Positions 22,047 to 31,065 of a DNA stretch of 64,000 nucleotides are shown here, piece by piece. Within the stretch, counting starts at the first letter, position 1. Each line of letters opens with the position of its first letter. Below the pieces are notes generated by a model that saw only the letters and a program-made list of their open reading frames with translations, was not told the origin of the DNA and searched no databases. Position numbers and translations under genes: made by a program. Origin of the DNA: Clostridia bacterium (lineage in GTDB: Bacteria > Bacillota > Clostridia > Christensenellales > DUVY01); contig DATCKE010000029.1 in the NCBI GenBank assembly GCA_036562445.1, positions 11,240 to 75,239 of the forward strand, read 5' to 3'.

Positions 22047-23714
22047 TTATTCGAAATACTTTGCGGCCGCGGTCAATAATTCTTGAGAGAAAGTTTTGAC
22101 TTGCGAAGGCGTCGAGGAGGAAGCCAACACATAGATTTTTAGTTTGGGCTCCGTTCCGGATGGCCTGATTAAGACCTTCGCCCCGTCTACTATAATGCTT
22201 AAGACATTGGAAGCGGGCAAATCGTCAATGCCCCGCAGATAGTCCTTAAACTGCTTGACATCATATTTGCCCAAGGCCGAAGGCGGGTTGTTTCTTATGG
22301 CGTCGATTTTTTGGTTCATCTCTTGAGCGCCTTGGATGCCCTTAAACTCTATGCTCTTTTGGACGCTGGTATGGTAGCCGTAATGCTCATACAGCTCTTC
22401 CAGCCTGTCGACCAATGTCTTGCCTTGGCTTAAGTATTTATCCGCCATTTCGGCGACCAACATCGCCGCCACCACGCCGTCTTTATCTCGGACATACGGG
22501 CCGGCAAGGTAGCCGTAGCTTTCCTCAAACGCGAACACGAATCTGTCCACCTCGCCTCGGCTTTCCAGTAAGCCTATCTTTTCGCCGATGAATTTAAAGC
22601 CCGTCAAAACATCTATAACTTCCGCGTTATAGTCTTTTGCGATATCGTAAATCAAATCGGTAGAAACAATAGTCTTAATAATGATAGGATTTTGAGGCAA
22701 GGTGCCAAGCCTCTTTCTTTCGCTTAATAGATAATCTACCAGCAATATTCCTATCTCGTTACCTGTAATTAATTTTATCTTGCCCTTATGTCTTACACCT
22801 ACGCCAAGTCTGTCGCAGTCAGGATCGGTAGCCAAAATCAAATCGGCTTTTTTGGCGTCCGCGAGTTTTATGGCAAGCGTCAAAGCTTCTTGAGCTTCGG
22901 GGTTGGGATAAGGGCAAGTTTTAAACGAGCCGTCGGGCAGTTCTTGTTCGGGCACAATGTAAACATTCTCAAAGCCGCGTCTTCTTAAAACGTCTTTGAC
23001 AGGGATATAGCCTGTGCCGTTAAGGGGCGTGTAGACTAATTTGATGTTTTTAGGCGCGTCGTCGCTTACGGAACGGCTGATTACGCTGCCAATAAAGTTT
23101 AAGTATACTTCGCTGGAAATGTATTCGATTTTATTGTCTTTTAGATAGTTCTCAAAGGTATCGGTTTGTATAGAGAAAATATCTTCTATTGCTTCTATCT
23201 TTTTTAGAACTTCTTCAGAAGCCTCCAATGTCAACTGGCATCCGTCTGGACCGTATACTTTATAGCCGTTGTATTCTTTAGGGTTATGGGATGCCGTAAC
23301 CATAACGCCCGCGTCGCAATTTAGCTCTCTAACCGCGAAAGACAACAAAGGCGTGGGATTAAGCGTGGAAAAGATGTATACTTTTATGCCAAAGCTTGCG
23401 AAAACTTCCGCCGCCGCGTGGGCGAACTCGTAAGAGAAATTTCTAGAGTCGTATGAAACGGCGATTTTTGCGTTTTTATTTTTTGATACCACGTATTGGG
23501 CCAGACCGAAAGAGGCTTTTTTTACGGTGTATATGTTCATACGATTGGTGCCGCTGCCTATAATGCCTCTTAGACCGCCCGTGCCGAATTCAAGCGATTT
23601 GTAGAATCTGTCTTTTAGCTCTTCGTCGTTGCCTTGAACGCTTAGTAAATCCTCTTTCCAATAACCTTGGACATTATTTAACCAAACTTCGTTTTGCTTT
23701 AAATATGTATCCAA
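22047..23714 (-). CDS. Phosphoglucomutase / phospho-sugar mutase
   Basis: 555 aa. Active-site TASHNP and Mg site DPDCDR. TTG start at 23714 with AAGGAGA 7 nt upstream. Confidence 0.88.
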   Translation of the reverse strand: MDTYLKQNEVWLNNVQGYWKEDLLSVQGNDEELKDRFYKSLEFGTGGLRGIIGSGTNRMNIYTVKKASFGLAQYVVSKNKNAKIAVSYDSRNFSYEFAHAAAEVFASFGIKVYIFSTLNPTPLLSFAVRELNCDAGVMVTASHNPKEYNGYKVYGPDGCQLTLEASEEVLKKIEAIEDIFSIQTDTFENYLKDNKIEYISSEVYLNFIGSVISRSVSDDAPKNIKLVYTPLNGTGYIPVKDVLRRRGFENVYIVPEQELPDGSFKTCPYPNPEAQEALTLAIKLADAKKADLILATDPDCDRLGVGVRHKGKIKLITGNEIGILLVDYLLSERKRLGTLPQNPIIIKTIVSTDLIYDIAKDYNAEVIDVLTGFKFIGEKIGLLESRGEVDRFVFAFEESYGYLAGPYVRDKDGVVAAMLVAEMADKYLSQGKTLVDRLEELYEHYGYHTSVQKSIEFKGIQGAQEMNQKIDAIRNNPPSALGKYDVKQFKDYLRGIDDLPASNVLSIIVDGAKVLIRPSGTEPKLKIYVLASSSTPSQVKTFSQELLTAAAKYFE

Positions 23715-23877
23715 AATGATATCTCCTTTTTTACTTTTGGCTTTAGTTATAATTATTAATGAAAAATCAATATGTATTATATATTAAGCAAAAAATTTTG
23801 TAAATTAAATCAATAATAATCCAATTTATAGCAAAACTGCCATTTTGTAATTTTTTAAAGTTTCTTAATTTATTACA

Positions 23878-23906
23878 TTTACATTTCCTTAATTTTCTGC
23901 TAGAAT
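23878..23906 (+). promoter_or_regulatory. Promoter for tRNA-Val
   Basis: TTTACA, 17-nt spacer, TAGAAT. It ends 17 nt before the tRNA 5' end. Confidence 0.5.
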
Positions 23907-23922
23907 ATTATATGATATTTAT

Positions 23923-23998
23923 GGGCGATTAACTCAGCTGGGAGAGTGTCATCTTGACGTGGTGAAAGTCGGGGGTTCGAATCCCTCATCGCCCACCA
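23923..23998 (+). tRNA. tRNA-Val (anticodon GAC)
   Basis: Folded by hand as a 76-nt cloverleaf. Acceptor GGGCGAT/ATCGCCC, D-arm ACTC/GAGT, anticodon stem TCATC/GGTGA with loop TTGACGT, T-arm GGGGG-TTCGAAT-CCCTC, and an encoded CCA. Confidence 0.95.
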
Positions 23999-24077
23999 AA
24001 GTTACGCTTTTTTTAAACTCAAATAAAATTTCAATTTTTGCTGCTAGTTCTTTTTCGGCTTTAGATTTTATTTAAAT

Positions 24078-24833
24078 ATGAAAACTAAAACAAAAAAAAC
24101 AACAATCAAAAGGATACTTAAGGCCTTTTCCGTTATATGGTATGTCCTTTTGATGTGCGTTGTTTTTACTCTTTCCTTTTTTCTTATACGCAGCAAAATT
24201 ACCAACAAAGTTCCGTTTATTGGCAATTACGCAATCTTGAAAGTAATGACAGGCAGTATGGAAACCACCATTAAGAAAAACCAAATCGTTTTGGTTAAAA
24301 AGGTTTCCGTTGAAGACATAAAAGAATCAGACGTTATTTCTTATTACCATCAAATAGGCGACGACGACAATAAAAAAGAAATAGTCATAACGCATAGAGT
24401 TACTGAAATCATCACAGATCCCGATACAAAAGAAGTAAAAGCCTTTAAGACCAAGGGCGACGCGAATTCTACCGAAGATTTATGGGATGTTCCAAAAGAA
24501 AAGGTCATCGGAGTAGTGGACTTTGGGCATCCTGAATTGGTAAAAATATTAAGTTTTATCAGCAACCCTTTGGGGATAGTGGTCTTGGTTATATTCCCTT
24601 TGGGGATTATATTGATATCGGACTTTGCGAGCTTGGTTAAGGTCATAAACCAAAAAGGCGACGATTACGACGACGACTTCTTTGACGACGACGAGATAAT
24701 GCTGGACGACGAAGACGATGACGACGGCTTTGACGAGTTTGAGAGCTTTGATTTTGGGACGGATAACTTTTACGACGAATACGATAAATTTGACGACGAG
24801 AGTTTGTTAGATTACTACGACGATGAAGATTAA
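24078..24833 (+). CDS. sipW: Signal peptidase I, SipW (ER/archaeal) type, with acidic C-terminal tail
   Basis: Motifs TGSME (Ser nucleophile), VITHRV (His) and TKGDAN. N- and C-terminal TM segments. The last roughly 60 aa are about 55% Asp/Glu, with Phe and Tyr. Confidence 0.85.
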   Translation: MKTKTKKTTIKRILKAFSVIWYVLLMCVVFTLSFFLIRSKITNKVPFIGNYAILKVMTGSMETTIKKNQIVLVKKVSVEDIKESDVISYYHQIGDDDNKKEIVITHRVTEIITDPDTKEVKAFKTKGDANSTEDLWDVPKEKVIGVVDFGHPELVKILSFISNPLGIVVLVIFPLGIILISDFASLVKVINQKGDDYDDDFFDDDEIMLDDEDDDDGFDEFESFDFGTDNFYDEYDKFDDESLLDYYDDED

Positions 24834-24881
24834 GAATTGCTTTTTGCAATTTAAAAAAATAACATATAAGGAAGGAATACT

Positions 24882-25826
24882 ATGCACATTGAATTATTGA
24901 AGCTTGTTCCTGCCGTGAAAAACTATTTTTGGGGCGGCAAAAAGCTGGCTGAAAATTGGAACAAAAAGTCCTCAAGCCCCAAGATAGCGGAAACTTGGGA
25001 ATTATCGCTTCATCCCGATGGATTAAGCAAGATCGAGGGCGGCAGCTATGATGGAAAAACTTTAAAAGAACTTTTGGATCAATGGGGGGATGCCGCAACG
25101 GGCAAGAGCGCTTCGCTGTTTCCTATGTTCCCTATGCTTGTAAAGTTTATCGATACCAGCGAAAAATGCTCTATTCAAGTGCATCCTGACGACGACTACG
25201 CGCACAAAAACGAAATGCAGTTTGGCAAAAACGAGGCTTGGTATATTCTAGAAGCCGAAGAGGGCGCGGGCGTTTATCTAGGATTTAAGAAAACTGTTAC
25301 CAAAGATGAAGTTTTAAAGAATATAGAAAACGGTACCTTGCTAGATTTGATGCAATTTTATCCGGTTAAGCCGGGCGATGTGTTTTATGTGCCCGCAAGA
25401 ACGGTTCACTGCGTGGGCGCGGGAATAACTTTTGTCGAGATTGAAAAAAATTCCAACGCAAATTACAGATTATACGACTTTGACCGATTGGATACGGACG
25501 GCAAAAAACGCGAGCTGCATATCCAAAAAGCGTTGGACGTGGCTAACCTTGGGCCTTATACGCTTAGCAAAATCGAGCCTGAAAACAAGGCTATGCGCCA
25601 ATTGGTAACCGACAGATACTTTACTGTGCGCGAAATCAAGAGCGCGTCTATATTAAAACGCCAAATAGACGACAGCTTCTGCGCTATATTGTTCTTAGAG
25701 GGCGAAGGCGAGATAACCGATGGCATTAACAAATACCAATTCAAAAAGGGCGACACCTTCTTTGCTCCCGCAAAAATCGCCTTTAAAATCACTGGCAACA
25801 CAAGGTTCTTAGAAATCTTTGTATAA
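24882..25826 (+). CDS. manA: Mannose-6-phosphate isomerase, class I
   Basis: 314 aa. Motifs KNYFWGG, QVHPDD, NEAWYIL and TVHCVGAG, the cupin Zn ligand pattern. Confidence 0.88.
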   Translation: MHIELLKLVPAVKNYFWGGKKLAENWNKKSSSPKIAETWELSLHPDGLSKIEGGSYDGKTLKELLDQWGDAATGKSASLFPMFPMLVKFIDTSEKCSIQVHPDDDYAHKNEMQFGKNEAWYILEAEEGAGVYLGFKKTVTKDEVLKNIENGTLLDLMQFYPVKPGDVFYVPARTVHCVGAGITFVEIEKNSNANYRLYDFDRLDTDGKKRELHIQKALDVANLGPYTLSKIEPENKAMRQLVTDRYFTVREIKSASILKRQIDDSFCAILFLEGEGEITDGINKYQFKKGDTFFAPAKIAFKITGNTRFLEIFV

Positions 25827-25831
25827 GATAA

Positions 25832-25860
25832 AAAGCCGCTTTGTTTAGCGGCTTTTTTTA
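25832..25860 (+). terminator. Intrinsic terminator after manA
   Basis: AAAGCCGCT-TTGTTT-AGCGGCTTT followed by a T-run. Confidence 0.75.
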
Positions 25861-25949
25861 TTTTAAGGTATAGCGGGATATTTTTAACTTGGCTGCGATT
25901 TATAAATCGCTTTTTATGTTAAGATTTTTTATTGGGCAATAAAAACGGG

Positions 25950-26495
25950 TTATTTAGCCTGCTTTTTGGATTTTGATAAAATAGTGTTGTTATACGATAT
26001 TATACACCCGCAGTATTTTTGGCGGTATAGGCCGAGTTCTTTTGCCTTTTGCTGCCCCGCCCGATAGCCTGTCCTAAAGTCCTCGTAATAAAAAGGAATT
26101 CCTACTTCCGCGGCTATCTTTTCGCCTAATTCTTTTATCAAATCGTGCTTTTGGTAAGGGCTGACCAAAAGCGATGTGGTGAAAGCGTCAAAGCCGTTTT
26201 CGAGCGCGTATTTTGCCGCAAGCTGCAGCCTTATGCTGTAGCACATTTCGCAGCGCTCTTCGTCCGTTCCATTAAATGTTTCCCATTCGGACTGCATAAA
26301 GCCGTCCACATATTCTATAGGGATATTGGCTATTTCAGCAAACTGCCGCAGCGTCTCTTTTCTCTTATGATATTCCTCTATCGGATGTATATTAGGGTTA
26401 AAGAATAAACCGTATACTTCGTGTTTGTCTTGCGTTAATTTTTCCGTCGGATATACCGCGCACGGCGCGCAGCACATATGCATTAGTATTTTCAT
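25950..26495 (-). CDS. queH: Epoxyqueuosine reductase QueH (DUF208)
   Basis: 181 aa. N-terminal HMCCAPC and C-terminal CGC Cys motifs typical of QueH. Confidence 0.72.
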   Translation of the reverse strand: MKILMHMCCAPCAVYPTEKLTQDKHEVYGLFFNPNIHPIEEYHKRKETLRQFAEIANIPIEYVDGFMQSEWETFNGTDEERCEMCYSIRLQLAAKYALENGFDAFTTSLLVSPYQKHDLIKELGEKIAAEVGIPFYYEDFRTGYRAGQQKAKELGLYRQKYCGCIISYNNTILSKSKKQAK

Positions 26496-26631
26496 TTTGG
26501 TTCACCTTAAAATAATATAGCCCCCTAGAATGATTTTGTCAATAGTCGGGCTTTTAAATTAGATTTATTTGTAATAATATAGATTTTATTAAAATTGTCA
26601 ATATGCAAAATGTTGGCATATTTTTCCAGCG

Positions 26632-26660
26632 AAAAAAACAGGGCAAGATTATTGCCCTGT
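26632..26660 (-). terminator. Intrinsic terminator after galU
   Basis: ACAGGGCAA-GATTA-TTGCCCTGT, followed by TTTTTTT on the minus strand. Confidence 0.7.
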
Positions 26661-26682
26661 TTAGGTTTAAGCTTCTATATCT

Positions 26683-27558
26683 TTAAATGTTTTTCATTAA
26701 TTCGATTAGATAATCTCTATACGCCTTTCCGAATTCCGCGTCCCTTAAGGCGTATTCGGTTATTGCTTCTAAGCTTCCTAGTTTGTTGCCCATATCGTAT
26801 CTTCTGCCCTTAAACACATAGGCTATAGCGCCGCTTTGTTTTGCCAGGATGTTAATGCCGTCGGTCAGCTGCAGCTCGTTGTTTAGCCCTAAAGGCGTTT
26901 TCTTTAAGACCTCGAAGATTTTGGGCGTTAAAACATATCTGCCCAAAGTGGCTAGGTCGCTTGTTAGTTGGTCAACCGACGTAGGCTTTTCCATAATGCC
27001 TTTCATACTATATACGTCGTCTTCCAGCTGTTGCAGCACGTCTATTACGCCGTAGCGGAATATCTCGGGCGGCTGTCTTCTTTGGACGCCCAAAACGGGC
27101 TTTTGGTATTTTTGGTAAACATTTATAAGCTGTTTTGCCACTGGCTCGGCGTCGTTATATATTACGTCGTCCCCGAGCATCAGCGCAAAAGGCTCGCCGC
27201 CGACAAATTCTTGGGCGATTAACAGCGCGTCGCCGCTGCCCTTAGGGACATATTGGACGTCAAAAGATATATTTGCCTTTTGGGATATAGCGTCTATTAT
27301 GCGGGCGTATTCGTGTTTTCCGCTCTCTTTTAACTTTTGGCTTAGTTCCGGATTGGGTTGGTAATATTCTTTTATGCAATCCTTGTTGGGGCTAATTATA
27401 ATCATTATGTCGGTTATGCCCGAACTAACCGCTTCGTCCACTATGTAATCTACCACCGGTCTGTCTATTATGGGCAGCATTTCCTTGGGAACCGCTTTGG
27501 TTATGGGCAAAAATCTTGTTCCTAATCCCCCGCATAATATAACGCCTTTTTTTATCAT
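26683..27558 (-). CDS. galU: UTP--glucose-1-phosphate uridylyltransferase
   Basis: 291 aa. N-terminal GGLGTRFLPITKAVPKEMLPI. Confidence 0.92.
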   Translation of the reverse strand: MIKKGVILCGGLGTRFLPITKAVPKEMLPIIDRPVVDYIVDEAVSSGITDIMIIISPNKDCIKEYYQPNPELSQKLKESGKHEYARIIDAISQKANISFDVQYVPKGSGDALLIAQEFVGGEPFALMLGDDVIYNDAEPVAKQLINVYQKYQKPVLGVQRRQPPEIFRYGVIDVLQQLEDDVYSMKGIMEKPTSVDQLTSDLATLGRYVLTPKIFEVLKKTPLGLNNELQLTDGINILAKQSGAIAYVFKGRRYDMGNKLGSLEAITEYALRDAEFGKAYRDYLIELMKNI

Positions 27559-27697
27559 CTCTTTCTCCTTATAAATTTTTAAGCACTATGTTATTTTACT
27601 ATACAATACTCCATATATCAACCCCCCGCTTTTTAAATGCGTTAAATTTTGGCAATTTTTACCGATAAATCGCAAGGCTTGGGCATAAAATAATAAT

Positions 27698-28750
27698 ATG
27701 CGAAAGACCAAAATCGTCCTGTGCGGCGGAGGAACCGCCGGGCATATAATGCCTCACTTGGCCTTATTGGACGGGCTTAAAAAATTTTTTGACGAGATAC
27801 ATTACATAGGCTGCGTGGGCGGTATGGAAAAAAATTTAATGGCTAACCAGCGAGGCGTTATTTACCACGAAATCGTAAGCGCAAAACTCATACGCGCTTT
27901 ATCTTTAAAAAATCTCGCTATACCATTTAAGCTAGCGCAAGGCTATTTTCAAGCCCGCAAATTATTAAAAGAAATAAAACCTGACGTTATTTTCTCTAAA
28001 GGCGGTTACGCGGCAGTGCCAGTCGTGTGGGCAGCGCCCAAAGGGTGCAAAGTCTTTATCCACGAGTCGGATATGAGCCTGGGGCTTGCCAATAAAATCT
28101 GCCTGCCTAAGGCGGATAAAGCGTTGTTGACCTTCGAGAATCCCGCCGTAAAAAAAGGCGTTTACACCGGAATGCCCCTAAGAAAACAGATATATTTTGG
28201 CGATAAAAACAAAATACTTAACAAATTTAATATAGGCAATCGAAAAGTTTTGCTGGTAATGGGGGGCTCTCTGGGCTCAAAAAAGATAAACGAAACCCTA
28301 AGGCAGATTTTAGATAAGCTAATCCCTAGATACGAAATAATACATATTACTGGCAAAGGCAATATAGACGAAAAATACAACTTTAAAGGCTATCATCAAA
28401 TAGAGTTTTGCGGGGACATCCACGATGTCTACGCCGCAAGCGACCTAGTCGTCAGCCGCGCGGGCTCGACCGCCATCAACGAGCTGTTGGCGTTAAAAAA
28501 GCCTATGCTTTTGATCCCCCTGCCCAAAGACCAATCCCGAGGCGACCAAATTCAAAACGCCGAGCATTTTAAGCGATTAGGCGTGGCTAAAGTTTTATCG
28601 CAAGAAGATTTGACGCCTCAAACTTTATACGATAATATCATCGCTTTGGACAATGAAAAATCTAAATACTTTCAAAAGATGAACGCCATTAGATATCCCG
28701 ACGGGCGAGATAAGGTTTTGCAAATATTATCCGAAGCTATAAAAAATTAA
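27698..28750 (+). CDS. murG: Lipid II synthase MurG (UDP-GlcNAc transferase)
   Basis: 350 aa. Motifs GGGTAGHIMP and GGSLGS. GT28 length and architecture. Confidence 0.88.
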   Translation: MRKTKIVLCGGGTAGHIMPHLALLDGLKKFFDEIHYIGCVGGMEKNLMANQRGVIYHEIVSAKLIRALSLKNLAIPFKLAQGYFQARKLLKEIKPDVIFSKGGYAAVPVVWAAPKGCKVFIHESDMSLGLANKICLPKADKALLTFENPAVKKGVYTGMPLRKQIYFGDKNKILNKFNIGNRKVLLVMGGSLGSKKINETLRQILDKLIPRYEIIHITGKGNIDEKYNFKGYHQIEFCGDIHDVYAASDLVVSRAGSTAINELLALKKPMLLIPLPKDQSRGDQIQNAEHFKRLGVAKVLSQEDLTPQTLYDNIIALDNEKSKYFQKMNAIRYPDGRDKVLQILSEAIKN

Positions 28751-28759
28751 CGGTAAGAA

Positions 28760-30037
28760 ATGGGCAAAAATATTTGGCGTTTTGTTTTAGTAGTTTCATT
28801 GTGTCTTGTCCTATGCGCTTGCCAAAAAGATGCGGGGCGCAAAGTCAATTTAGATTACGGCAAGCCTGTGTTTTACCCCTACCCTTCGGCTGTTTGGCGG
28901 CTCGTTTTGGGCGGGACAAAGGACGATTATGTCAAAGATATCTTTTGTTACGATGGGTATATTTATATCATAGGCGAATCCAACTCTTCGGACATAAATT
29001 TCACTTCCGCTATTTTTGGGCAGAAATTGTTTTTGGGCAGGCTGGATTTTAACGGCGAAATAAAAAATATTTGGTCTTTCGCCGCCTCTTCAAAAAACAG
29101 ATACGTCAAATCCTTAATAATAGACGAATGCCTTTATGTTTTGGCTGAATGCGAACTGGACACCAAAAGCGCTGTCATATATAAAGTCAATCTAAACACC
29201 GGTCAAGCGGTTTATAAGGTCTTGGGCAGCAGGCTTTTGGAGGAGGACGCCTTAGATTTAATAGCTGACGGCAATAAGCTTTATGTCGTAGGGCAAAACG
29301 TCGAGCGATATTATAATGTAAGAAATCTTTTTATAGAGCAACTGGATTTAAACCTAAAACAGCAAAACTTCCAAAGGTTTGTCCGAGGGGCGGACTTAAA
29401 ATACATAGGCTGCGTCAAAAACAATGACCGCCTTAATGTTTGGGTTAGCGCTGTCGCAATAGAGCATTCTTATCCTGTGATGATAGATTTAACCGACAGC
29501 GAATATGTCTATCATAACTTTGAGAGGCCTTTTTTAGGGCATAAGCTGCTGGACGCTAAGGCCCTGGGAGATAAAACCTTGCTGGTGTTCGCCAAAGAAA
29601 ATCAAAACTCGGCGGCGTATTGTTTTTTTGAAAACGGGGAGTTTGGCGCTCTTAAATCTATCCTAAAGGAAGACGCTGCAAACGGCAAAATTATCCCCAA
29701 TGGAGATTGCTCAGCGGTATTTTTGGACGCTCAAAATCCTAGTTATTATTTTGTCAGCGAGAAATATTTTGCCGTTATAAATAATATAAACGCCGATTTA
29801 TTGTCTTATAAATGTTTTGAGGATAAAAAAATAGCCGCCGCGTTAGCAAAGCAAGGCGGCAGGCAGTGTCTATTGTTGTTTAAAGATTACGACTTAAAAA
29901 TACTCTACCTAGAAACGCCCGAAAATTTAACATCCTTTTGGATAGAAGAAGATTATTTGATAACGGCGGGCAACGGCGACTCGGATATTATTATAACTCT
30001 GACAAAAGCTCTGCCCTATCAGTTTATTCGTTCTTAG
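28760..30037 (+). CDS. Hypothetical lipoprotein
   Basis: 425-aa ORF starting 9 nt after murG. Signal peptide and lipobox (LVLCAC). I recognise no family. Confidence 0.7.
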   Translation: MGKNIWRFVLVVSLCLVLCACQKDAGRKVNLDYGKPVFYPYPSAVWRLVLGGTKDDYVKDIFCYDGYIYIIGESNSSDINFTSAIFGQKLFLGRLDFNGEIKNIWSFAASSKNRYVKSLIIDECLYVLAECELDTKSAVIYKVNLNTGQAVYKVLGSRLLEEDALDLIADGNKLYVVGQNVERYYNVRNLFIEQLDLNLKQQNFQRFVRGADLKYIGCVKNNDRLNVWVSAVAIEHSYPVMIDLTDSEYVYHNFERPFLGHKLLDAKALGDKTLLVFAKENQNSAAYCFFENGEFGALKSILKEDAANGKIIPNGDCSAVFLDAQNPSYYFVSEKYFAVINNINADLLSYKCFEDKKIAAALAKQGGRQCLLLFKDYDLKILYLETPENLTSFWIEEDYLITAGNGDSDIIITLTKALPYQFIRS

Positions 30038-30284
30038 AGGTTTTGGGCGTTATTTGGGTAATGATTTTTTTGATTAACTTATAAGCGGTTTTTTTGCCTT
30101 TTTTGCGCGCGAATATCTCGCCTTTCCAAGCGAAAGGTATCTCGTCTTGCGCGTCCAAAATCCCCGTTACGGAGCTTTTTTTGACAACAAGAGAGTTATT
30201 AGCGGCGGGCTGCGCCATATTTTTTCCTTTTATTAATTTTCTTAAGACTGTCTTCATCCCTCTTTTGTTGTCTTGCTCGGTCAT
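30024..30284 (-). CDS. Hypothetical small Lys-rich basic protein
   Basis: 86 aa from the ATG at 30284, with TGGGAG 5-6 nt upstream. Its 3' end overlaps the convergent lipoprotein gene by 14 nt. No recognisable motif. Confidence 0.45.
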   Translation of the reverse strand: MTEQDNKRGMKTVLRKLIKGKNMAQPAANNSLVVKKSSVTGILDAQDEIPFAWKGEIFARKKGKKTAYKLIKKIITQITPKTSKNE

Positions 30285-30367
30285 CGCAACTCCCAATAGG
30301 TTTTAAAAACCTTTGATTGATACTTTTATTATATAACATTTATAAGGCTTTTGAACAAAAAATAAAA

Positions 30368-30967
30368 TTAATTTTTTGAAACAAATTTATTTTTGTTTTT
30401 GTTAAGCAAAAACTTTAACTTTTCGCGGTCGGCGGGATTGAATTTTAGGGGCGAGCTTGTGCCAGAAAGCGTGAGCGCGCCGTTGCGGTTATTGGAAACG
30501 ATAACCTTGTTGCCCTTTTTCTCAAAGTAAAAGTCGTATAAGTGGTTCCAATCCAAAAAATATATCGCGGTGTAAATCCCGTCGTTGACTACCGCGCTTT
30601 TCGCGTAAGTCAAGACCGCCGAAACGGCAAGAACGGTGAGATTAATAACCATTAACAAAGCCAATACTATTCTGACCTCGGCGGTGTTTAAGTTCCAAAC
30701 CGTAAACAGCTCTTTGGTAAGCGGGTAGACGTTTTGGTCGCTCGGGTTGATAAAAAGATAAACCAATCCGCAAAAGAGCAGCGCTAACAAGATGTCAAGC
30801 AGCCAATAAAAGAATTTATTGGTCTTTAAGGGTATTATGGTAATGGAATATTTTAAACGGCGTTGGTGTCTTATGGTTATGCCCAGCAAGAAACCCGCGC
30901 CCGCCAAAACCAGAAGGCAAACGCCGGATAATATTCCTATCAAAATGTCAGGCATATATTGGGACAT
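30368..30967 (-). CDS. Hypothetical membrane protein (3 TM plus a soluble C-terminal domain)
   Basis: 199-aa ORF with three hydrophobic segments. No recognisable family. Confidence 0.6.
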   Translation of the reverse strand: MSQYMPDILIGILSGVCLLVLAGAGFLLGITIRHQRRLKYSITIIPLKTNKFFYWLLDILLALLFCGLVYLFINPSDQNVYPLTKELFTVWNLNTAEVRIVLALLMVINLTVLAVSAVLTYAKSAVVNDGIYTAIYFLDWNHLYDFYFEKKGNKVIVSNNRNGALTLSGTSSPLKFNPADREKLKFLLNKNKNKFVSKN

Positions 30968-30984
30968 AATCTTATAAACAATAT

Positions 30985-31013
30985 AAAAACCGAAATTTTA
31001 CATTTCGGTTTTT
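30985..31013 (-). terminator. Intrinsic terminator ending the pur operon
   Basis: AAAAACCGAAAT-TTTAC-ATTTCGGTTTTT. Perfect stem with T-runs on both strands. Confidence 0.75.
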
Positions 31014-31065
31014 ATATCATAACATATTAACAAGATTTTTTCAACAAGTTCTAAAACTTTGCGGT

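Noticed and set aside
24643-24849. 68-aa Arg/Ser-rich ORF antisense to the sipW tail.
   Set aside because: It is the mirror image of the GAC/GAT-rich acidic tail coding region and has no independent signals.
26496-26636. Possible preQ1 riboswitch upstream of queH.
   Set aside because: The sequence UUCUAGGGGGCUAUAUUAUUUUAAGG does not fit the preQ1-I stem and A-rich tail consensus. It is better read as a promoter, TTGACA-17-TATATT.
30285-30296. TTG start extension of the small basic ORF.
   Set aside because: The ATG at 30284 has a well-spaced TGGGAG, and the TTG lies within that RBS.
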